Assembly: GCA_964631815.1 (NCBI GenBank)
Contig: CAZWAO010000001.1
Coordinates: 1 to 49,512 of the forward strand
DNA: 49,512 nt
Direction of reading: 5' to 3'
Source of the DNA: an uncultured Ignavibacteria bacterium
GTDB taxonomy: Bacteria; Zixibacteria; MSB-5A5; SM1-73
Shown: in pieces, positions 7,822 to 14,902 of the stretch
Numbering within the stretch: the first letter of the stretch is position 1
Layout: each line of letters starts with the position of its first letter
Made by a program: the position numbers and the translations under genes
Notes under the pieces: model-generated
The model's database searches: none
Told to the model about the DNA's origin: nothing
Seen by the model: only the letters and a program-made list of their open reading frames with translations

Positions 7822-8625
7822 GTGGCTCAGGAGAAGATCACGGTCAGAAGTTTTGCCAGGCTGAAGCAAAAAAAAGAAAAGATCGCCGTGCTCACGGCGT
7901 ACGATTTTCACACGGCCCGCATCTTGGATGAGATCGGACTGGATGCCGTATTGGTGGGCGATTCCGCCAGCATGGTCTTCTATGGCTCGCCCAACACCCT
8001 TCCCATCACCATGGATCAGATGGTCTATCACACCAAGGCCGTCTCCTCCGCAGTGAAAAGATCACTTGTCATCGCCGACATGCCGTTTCTTTCCTATCAA
8101 ACCAGTGTACAGGAAGCCATAGCCAATGCGGGAAGGTTCCTGAAGGAGGGCGGGGCGGACGCTGTGAAGCTGGAGGGCGGGTTGGAAATGGCGGAGACCG
8201 CAGCCAAGGTGATCCAGATGGGCATTCCGGTGATGGGACATATCGGCCTTACGCCCCAGTCCATCAACCGGTTTGGGGGCTATACGGTTCGGGGAAAATC
8301 CGCAGAGGAAAGAGAATATCTTGTAAAAAGCGCCAAAGAGCTGGAGCGGGCCGGATGTTTCTCCGTTCTGATCGAGTCGGTACCCAAGGAGTTGGCTGTG
8401 GAGATCACCGGCTTTCTGCAGGTTCCCACCATTGGAATCGGGGCAGGCAGCGGGTGCGATGGACAGGTGCTGGTGATAAACGACATCCTGGGTCTGTTCG
8501 AGGATTTCAAACCCAAGTTCGTGAGAAGATACGCAAATTTGGCAAATGAGACAAGAAGAGCCTGCAGGGACTTCATGGAGGACGTCAAGTCGGGCAGGTT
8601 TCCGTCGGACGAAGAGAGCTATTAA
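7822..8625 (+). CDS. panB: 3-methyl-2-oxobutanoate hydroxymethyltransferase
   Basis: 267 aa, GTG start. LTAYDFHTARILDEIGLDAVLVGDSASMV...VKLEGG...GHIGLTPQS. Confidence 0.93.
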   Translation: MAQEKITVRSFARLKQKKEKIAVLTAYDFHTARILDEIGLDAVLVGDSASMVFYGSPNTLPITMDQMVYHTKAVSSAVKRSLVIADMPFLSYQTSVQEAIANAGRFLKEGGADAVKLEGGLEMAETAAKVIQMGIPVMGHIGLTPQSINRFGGYTVRGKSAEEREYLVKSAKELERAGCFSVLIESVPKELAVEITGFLQVPTIGIGAGSGCDGQVLVINDILGLFEDFKPKFVRRYANLANETRRACRDFMEDVKSGRFPSDEESY

Positions 8626-8657
8626 GCCGAATTCGGAACCGGAAGAGATCGCCATTC

Positions 8658-9506
8658 ATGCAGGTAATCAGATCGCCCAAGAAGATGCAGGAGATCTGTG
8701 CGGGACTTAAGCGCAGAGGGAAAACCATAGGCTTGGTCCCCACCATGGGCTATCTGCACCAAGGACATCTGAGCCTCGTCCGCATCGCCAAGAAGAAAGC
8801 CGAGGTAGTGGCAGTGAGCATATTCGTCAATCCCACCCAATTCGGACCAAAGGAAGACTTCGCCAAATATCCCAGAGACTTCAAAAGGGACAGGCTTCTG
8901 CTTAAACAGGAGGGCTGCGATTTGGTTTTCATCCCCAGCGTAAGGGATATGTATCCGGAGGGCTATCTCACTTACGTGGACGTGCGCGAGATCACGGGCA
9001 GACTGGAAGGTGCCTCAAGGCCCGGACATTTCTGCGGAGTGACCACCGTGGTGGCCAAACTGTTTAATGTCGTTCAGCCGGACGTGGCCGTGTTCGGACA
9101 AAAGGATGCCCAGCAGGCAGTGGTTTTGAAAAAGATGGTGGACGATCTGAATTATGGCATTCGCATGATAATCGCTCCCACGGTTCGGGAGAAGGACGGG
9201 CTTGCTTTAAGCTCCAGGAATACCTATCTCTCTCCCCAGGAGCGGAAACAGGCAGTGGTGCTTTACCGGTCGTTGTGGGAGGCAAGAAGGTTGATCCGAG
9301 CCGGAGAGAAAAACGTCCGACGGATCATGGCGCATATACGAGACATCATCAGTAGGCAATCCTCTGCCCGACCGGAATACGTCGCCGTAACCGACGCTCG
9401 AACCCTGGCGCCTCTAAGGAAACTGCAAGGTGAGGTCTTGATCTCGCTTGCCGTGTGGTTCGGAAAGACCCGGCTTATAGACAACATCAAAATAAAGGTG
9501 AGATGA
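8658..9506 (+). CDS. panC: Pantoate--beta-alanine ligase
   Basis: 282 aa. VPTMGYLHQGHLSLV (HxGH), SIFVNPTQFGP, FGQKDAQQ. Confidence 0.93.
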   Translation: MQVIRSPKKMQEICAGLKRRGKTIGLVPTMGYLHQGHLSLVRIAKKKAEVVAVSIFVNPTQFGPKEDFAKYPRDFKRDRLLLKQEGCDLVFIPSVRDMYPEGYLTYVDVREITGRLEGASRPGHFCGVTTVVAKLFNVVQPDVAVFGQKDAQQAVVLKKMVDDLNYGIRMIIAPTVREKDGLALSSRNTYLSPQERKQAVVLYRSLWEARRLIRAGEKNVRRIMAHIRDIISRQSSARPEYVAVTDARTLAPLRKLQGEVLISLAVWFGKTRLIDNIKIKVR

Positions 9507-9685
9507 AAGACGCTTGGCAATAGCCGTCAAACATCTTTGGTCGGATGAATTCAAAGAGCGAAGACGACACAACGTACAATCGTTGATAAGGATAGTACAA
9601 GAGAATGCGAATCGATGCGGCGCCGGCATGATTGGCAAGAGAAGAGATGGCGGTCGGTCTTTCGCATGAGATGGGAACACACGCT

Positions 9686-10042
9686 ATGTTGGTCACTATC
9701 TGCAAATCCAAGATACACCGGGTACGGGTCACGGAAGCCGACTTGGACTACGAAGGGAGTATCACTATCGACCGGCGGCTTCTTGAGGCTGCCGATATGC
9801 TTCCCCACGAAAAGGTCCAGGTGGTCAACTTAAATAACGGCGCCCGATTCGAGACCTACGTGCTGGTGGGAGAGAAAGATTCCGGAACCATCTGCTTAAA
9901 CGGGCCGGCGGCCAGACTGGGGCAGGTGGGGGATCTGCTCATCGTCATCTCCTATTGCCACCTGGAAGTGGCCGAGGCAAAAAAATACGAGCCGAGGATA
10001 GTACACGTCGACAAGGATAATAGAATCGTAGAAGAAGCGTAA
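9686..10042 (+). CDS. panD: Aspartate 1-decarboxylase
   Basis: The ORF track gives 9632-10042. The conserved protein begins [29 protein letters not shown], with the Gly-Ser self-processing site. ATG 9686 or ATG 9671 is a more likely start than 9632. Confidence 0.9.
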   Translation: MLVTICKSKIHRVRVTEADLDYEGSITIDRRLLEAADMLPHEKVQVVNLNNGARFETYVLVGEKDSGTICLNGPAARLGQVGDLLIVISYCHLEVAEAKKYEPRIVHVDKDNRIVEEA

Positions 10043-10107
10043 CCCTTGATCTTCGAATTGCATCCACCAACCTCCCGGGCTCAAAGCCTGAATTTCCCAA
10101 AGGGGCA

Positions 10108-10851
10108 ATGATAAATTCAAATCCACCGGTGGCTATCGTGTTGGCGGCGGGCAAGGGCAAGAGGATGAAGTCCCGGCTGCCCAAGGTGCTTCACCAACTG
10201 GCGGGAAAGCCCATGGTGGAGTATGTGGTGGATGCCGCCAGGGCGGCGGGCGTCGTTAAGATTATTCTGGTGATCGGGCATAAATGGGAGCGGATGTATG
10301 ATTACCTGAAGAGCCTGAAGGTCGAGTTCGTGGTGCAGGAGGAGCAACTGGGAACCGGACATGCGGTGCTGCAGGCCAAAGAGCTGCTCTCGGATTTCGA
10401 GGGTGATGTGTTCATTCTCTGCGGGGACGTGCCGGCGCTTAAACCTGCGACTCTGAGGAATCTATTGGAGGAACACCGAGCACACCGGGCCGCCGCTACC
10501 GTGTTGACCGCCGTTCCAAAAGATCCGTCAGGATACGGCAGAATCATCCGGGATGATAAGGGAGGGGTGCAGGGAATAGTGGAGGACAAAGACGCTTCTG
10601 CCGATCAAAAGAACATAGGGGAGATCAACACCGGCACCTTTTGTTTTGACAAGGCCGACTTGTTCTCGGTCCTGGAGCTGGTGAACAACGATAATGAACA
10701 GGGGGAGTACTACTTAACCGATACGCTTAAGCTTCTGTTGGATCGGGGGCTTCCGGTGCGGGCAGTGGTGGTCGCCGATCCCCGGGAGACGCTGGGGGTG
10801 AATTCGCCGGACGAGCTTGAGGCCATGGAGGAGTTTCTCAGACACGGGTAA
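10108..10851 (+). CDS. Sugar-1-phosphate nucleotidyltransferase equivalent to the GlmU N-terminal (uridyltransferase) domain only
   Basis: 247 aa. VLAAGKGKRMKSRLPKVLHQLAGKPMV...EQLGTGHAV...LCGDVPAL...GYGRI...EINTG...GEYYLTD aligns with the GlmU pyrophosphorylase domain. The ORF stops at the linker, and no left-handed beta-helix acetyltransferase region follows. Confidence 0.75.
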   Translation: MINSNPPVAIVLAAGKGKRMKSRLPKVLHQLAGKPMVEYVVDAARAAGVVKIILVIGHKWERMYDYLKSLKVEFVVQEEQLGTGHAVLQAKELLSDFEGDVFILCGDVPALKPATLRNLLEEHRAHRAAATVLTAVPKDPSGYGRIIRDDKGGVQGIVEDKDASADQKNIGEINTGTFCFDKADLFSVLELVNNDNEQGEYYLTDTLKLLLDRGLPVRAVVVADPRETLGVNSPDELEAMEEFLRHG

Positions 10852-11070
10852 AGTCTCCAAACGATGTTTCCGGATAGGGCGTATCATTGGCTGGCGGGAA
10901 CACCCTGGGCACCATGGGGTTATTCAGAATGTTCTCCTAAGGAAATCGTTATCGAGACGTGTTGGAGGTTCCTCGGTGTAATTGCATCCGCGGAGATTGA
11001 AGGGCAAGCATCATCGACCTGCTATCGTATTGCGATTATGGTTTATTTCCAGAGGCTTTGCAGAAAGTGG

Positions 11071-11099
11071 TTGACAGTTCAAAACCCGGGTTCTATATT
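11071..11099 (+). promoter_or_regulatory. Sigma70-type promoter TTGACA-N17-TATATT
   Basis: Near-consensus hexamers, ~35 nt upstream of ATG 11133. Confidence 0.55.
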
Positions 11100-11132
11100 T
11101 CGCTGTAAGCCGTCCTTTGGCAGGAGGCTCCG

Positions 11133-11609
11133 ATGAAAAAGATGGGTAAATTCGTCTGGCTTTCGATTGCACTAACGCTGGTCATGGTTCCTTTGGCTTC
11201 AGTTCGATTGTTGGCATCCGAGGTCCAGTCGGGGCAGAATGATCTTCTGGGAGTAAAATCCAACGTCAAGGGTTTCAGCCTGTTGGATCCCCAGCGGTTG
11301 AAGTTGCACCAGAGTTACACCTTCTCCTATTTCTCCAATTCCAGGTCCAGCGGAAGCCTGGGAATTTACACCACCACCTTGGACTATCAGCTCTCCGAGC
11401 CTCTGAGCCTGACTTTGAGTTTAAATTACCTGCACCAGCCCCTCTCGGTTTTCGGACGCACCAACGCGGGAATAAAAAGCGAGGTTTTGCCCAACTTTCA
11501 ATTGCGCTATAGGCCGAGCAACAGTTTCTTCTTGTCGATAGATGTGGTGACCCTGCCTTCCGCCTATGGCTGGGGATATGATGGGTATTGGTGGGACCGC
11601 CACCGGTGA
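11133..11609 (+). CDS. Secreted protein, probably a small beta-barrel or outer-membrane protein
   Basis: 158 aa. Signal peptide MKKMGKFVWLSIALTLVMVPLASV. Alternating-hydrophobic strands are present (YTFSYFSNS, LGIYTTTLDYQL, LSLTLSLNYL, FQLRYRP, FFLSIDVVTL). Confidence 0.55.
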   Translation: MKKMGKFVWLSIALTLVMVPLASVRLLASEVQSGQNDLLGVKSNVKGFSLLDPQRLKLHQSYTFSYFSNSRSSGSLGIYTTTLDYQLSEPLSLTLSLNYLHQPLSVFGRTNAGIKSEVLPNFQLRYRPSNSFFLSIDVVTLPSAYGWGYDGYWWDRHR

Positions 11610-11733
11610 AGTGTTGGTTTTCCGTATGTGCCCGACGATTCCAAAACATTTAATCCCGAAAGCATTAACTAATTCCTGATTTAACCCAAGCCGTTTCGCT
11701 TTCTTATCGACCATCGTTGCATTCGGTCAGCGA

Positions 11734-12267
11734 ATGTCCAAAATCACAAAAAGACGAAAGAAATACAGATACTACCGCCGAAGGAGACTAAAGAAACCCG
11801 GGCCGTGGAAATACTTGGTTTCCAAATTGGTTTCCCTCTCCATTCTGCTGTTGACGGTTGTCTTGGTAGTGTACGGCCTCTCCCTTTTCACCAAGCTGCG
11901 TCGACCCCCGATTCAGCGACAGGAGGAGCTGGTCTTTAGCCGAACGCAGATATTGAACGCCTCCCACAGAGAGGAAGCGGTTAAGCAGGTAACCGAAAGG
12001 CTGAACCGAATGAGGGCCGACAACGTCGCCCATCAGATCGTGGAAGTCGAAGAGCTGGAGGCTTTCTTAAGCGGTGAAAGCATGATTCTGGATCGTTCGA
12101 CGGATGCGGGGGGAAAAACTCCTTCCCGGCTGGCCCTGCTCACAGCCCAGGCTTTGGGTATCCCGGCCCGAAACGTGGTGCGCAAACAGCTGAAGGATAA
12201 TTACCAGGGGATTTCGCTGACCATCGTAATAGGCAACGATTGGCAGGTTCTCTCCGCAGGCATCTGA
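11734..12267 (+). CDS. Membrane-anchored protein with a LytR_C-like C-terminal domain
   Basis: 177 aa. Very basic N-terminus, one TM segment (LVSLSILLLTVVLVVYGLSLF), and a C-terminal region ending LTIVIGNDW that resembles LytR_C. Its position upstream of rsfS is common for such genes. Confidence 0.45.
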   Translation: MSKITKRRKKYRYYRRRRLKKPGPWKYLVSKLVSLSILLLTVVLVVYGLSLFTKLRRPPIQRQEELVFSRTQILNASHREEAVKQVTERLNRMRADNVAHQIVEVEELEAFLSGESMILDRSTDAGGKTPSRLALLTAQALGIPARNVVRKQLKDNYQGISLTIVIGNDWQVLSAGI

Positions 12268-12326
12268 GCGGATCACGCGCAGACCCAAATGAAGAGAAGG
12301 CAAGAAAACAGGAGGAATAAGACCGT

Positions 12327-12713
12327 TTGAGCATGACACCCAGGAGATTGGCTCGTTTGGCAGGTGAACTGGCTTTAGAGAAAAAAGCCTTCGACGTCAA
12401 GATATTGGATTTGCGCAAACTTTCTTCGGTGTGCGATTTCTTCGTTGTCTGTTCGGCCAGCGTCGAACTTCATGCCCGGGCGGTGGCGGATTGGATAACG
12501 GAGAACTTAGAGCAAAAGCAGATACGCTTCTGGCACCATGAGGGTTATCAGGCCTCCCGATGGATCCTTTTGGATTATGTAGACGTCGTGGTGCACATTT
12601 TCATTCCCGAGGTTCGGGAGTTCTACGGCCTGGAGAAATTGTGGGGCGATGCCAAAATGGAGGAACTCTCCCAGGATAAGACTCAAAGCCAAACCGAGAA
12701 AAAAAGAAAGTAG
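12327..12713 (+). CDS. rsfS: Ribosomal silencing factor RsfS (IojAP family)
   Basis: 128 aa. DVKILDLRKLSSVCDFFVVCSASV...WILLDYVDVVVHIFIPEVREFYGLEKLWGDA. Confidence 0.88.
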   Translation: MSMTPRRLARLAGELALEKKAFDVKILDLRKLSSVCDFFVVCSASVELHARAVADWITENLEQKQIRFWHHEGYQASRWILLDYVDVVVHIFIPEVREFYGLEKLWGDAKMEELSQDKTQSQTEKKRK

Positions 12714-13249
12714 GGCTTAAGCGGGCTCCGACATTTGTGTCTTGATCCTAAGGAGAAAGGGCGGGACGCGGTCTTGGAGTCTCTGAGGGATTAGCTCCAA
12801 CCGCCGGTCCGTCCACCAGACAGTCTAAGCTTTTTAAGGAACAAAAACCATTCGAGTAGAAGTTGACGGCGGGAAACAATTCGAATTCGGAAAGGAGGAA
12901 TTCACAGAGTCCACACAAGAAGCATCGACTTTACCTAAGAAACTCAGATCGTTGACCTCGAGGGGTTACCGCACTAGCTACAGGGATCGAAATCGATCCG
13001 TGCCTTGCCGAGCGATTTACTTAGTACAGCCAAACCGATCTTCGCCGCCAGGGGGTTTAGGCTTCCGATTCGTAACCAGCGAATCATGCAACGCAAAAGA
13101 GAAAGGTTCGGGTAGCGGTCGATTAGAGCCAACCTGATTGACTCTCGTTGTTTGCGGAGTGAGAGTGGCTCCTAAAGAGAGGCCATGAGGATACACGGAA
13201 AACGAACCAGCAACTTAAGCACTCAGCATTAAACCAGAGGAAAGGAAAA

Positions 13250-14497
13250 ATGAACATTGTAGAACTCCAGAGCAGGACGGTTGCCGAACTTCAGGATCTG
13301 GCCGAGGAGCTGGGAATACCCAACATCTCCGGATTGAGAAAGCAGGAGATGATCTTCAAGATCCTGGAAGCCAAGACGGAAAAAGACGGGTTCATCTTCG
13401 CGGAGGGGGTCCTGGAGATATTGGACGAGGGTTACGGCTTCCTCCGTTCGCCCGACTACAACTATCTCCCCGGCCCGGACGACATTTACGTCTCCCCTTC
13501 TCAGATAAAGCGCTTCGATTTGAAGACCGGGGATACCATCTCGGGCCAGGTTCGGCCTCCCAAGGAGAACGAGAAGTACTTCGCCTTGCTGAAGATAGAA
13601 GCGGTAAATCTCGAGAATCCGGAGATAGCCAAACACAAAGTGTTCTTCGACAACCTGACCCCGCTTTATCCCGAGAAGAAGCTTAAGCTGGAGACTTCTG
13701 CTGAGGAGGTCTCCACCCGGGTCATGGATCTGATGACTCCCATCGGCAGGGGGCAGCGCGGTTTGATCGTCTCCCCTCCCAAGGCCGGCAAAACCATGTT
13801 GCTGCAAAAGATCGCCAACAGCATAACCAGCAACCATCCCGACGTCAAGCTGATCGTGCTTTTGATCGACGAGAGGCCGGAGGAGGTTACCGACATGAAA
13901 CGGTCGGTCAAGGGAGAGGTGATCAGCTCCACCTTCGACGAGCCGGCCGATCGCCACGTGCAGGTGGCGGATATGGTGCTGGAGAAGTCCAAAAGGCTGG
14001 TGGAGCACGGACAGCACGTGGTGATTCTGTTGGATTCCATCACCCGTCTGGCCAGGGCCAACAACGCGGTGGTGCCTCACAGCGGCAAGATCCTCTCGGG
14101 AGGAGTGGACTCCAACGCCCTGCAGAAGCCCAAGAGGTTCTTCGGAGCAGCCCGAAACATAGAGGAGGGAGGGAGCTTGACCATCATCGGCACCGCTCTG
14201 GTGGAGACCGGAAGCCGGATGGATGAGGTGATCTTCGAGGAGTTTAAGGGAACCGGCAACATGGAGATGGTTTTGGACCGAAGGCTCTCCGACCGGCGCA
14301 TCTTTCCGGCCATGGACATCAACCGTTCCAGCACCAGGAAGGAAGAGCTGTTGATTACCCCGGAGGATCTGAACAAAATCTGGATCTTAAGGAAATTCCT
14401 CAACGAGATGAACTCCGTGGAGGCTATGGAGTTCCTGCTGGATCGCATAAGAAAGACCAAGAACAATTCCAAATTCCTGGAGTCCATGAAGGACTAA
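13250..14497 (+). CDS. rho: Transcription termination factor Rho
   Basis: 415 aa. Rho_N ([13 protein letters not shown]), RNA-binding domain ([33 protein letters not shown]), Walker A ([15 protein letters not shown]). It is preceded by a 536-nt ORF-poor leader. Confidence 0.96.
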   Translation: MNIVELQSRTVAELQDLAEELGIPNISGLRKQEMIFKILEAKTEKDGFIFAEGVLEILDEGYGFLRSPDYNYLPGPDDIYVSPSQIKRFDLKTGDTISGQVRPPKENEKYFALLKIEAVNLENPEIAKHKVFFDNLTPLYPEKKLKLETSAEEVSTRVMDLMTPIGRGQRGLIVSPPKAGKTMLLQKIANSITSNHPDVKLIVLLIDERPEEVTDMKRSVKGEVISSTFDEPADRHVQVADMVLEKSKRLVEHGQHVVILLDSITRLARANNAVVPHSGKILSGGVDSNALQKPKRFFGAARNIEEGGSLTIIGTALVETGSRMDEVIFEEFKGTGNMEMVLDRRLSDRRIFPAMDINRSSTRKEELLITPEDLNKIWILRKFLNEMNSVEAMEFLLDRIRKTKNNSKFLESMKD

Positions 14498-14902
14498 CCG
14501 TTCCTTTCTTCTTTCCCTGCGGAGCTCTCGCGGTTGCGGCATCTCGTGATTCCCTGAGTGCCTTGCGAAACATTCCAACGCACGCAGACCATATCCTTCT
14601 ACCTGCCGGGTTCGGCTTGGTTTGATCCTGAAAGGATTCGGCTCGAAATCCGGGCTGACCAAGAAACGTCCGGCTGGACCTGCGGATGTCTCCGTCCGGA
14701 CTTGCAGGTTTGCCGGAAGTCCACCTTCAATGTGCGCAAGCCGGACCGCGCCCATCCTTGCCGCCCGTCAGAAACCCTATTGACAAATCCGGAAATTATA
14801 GTAGCTTTACCACTGGAAGAGGTTACACAAACCAGTTCCCACTGACAGATTTTAAGACAACCACATGGAGTCAACTTAACTTCTCTCCAGGAGGTAAAAC
14901 TC

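Noticed and set aside
10864-11136. 90-aa ORF between the GlmU-like gene and 11133
   Set aside because: It has no Shine-Dalgarno and a Trp/Cys-rich, unprotein-like sequence. A near-consensus promoter for the next gene lies inside it.
13229-14080. 283-aa ORF antisense to rho
   Set aside because: It lies fully inside the strongly supported rho CDS. Its translation is low-complexity (Leu/Gly/Arg/Gln-rich) with no motifs, so it is a shadow ORF.
14780-14808. Perfect TTGACA upstream of the 996-aa gene as a promoter
   Set aside because: The only good -10-like hexamer (TATAGT) is 11 nt away, and at 16-17 nt only TAGCTT is present. It is not reported as a feature.
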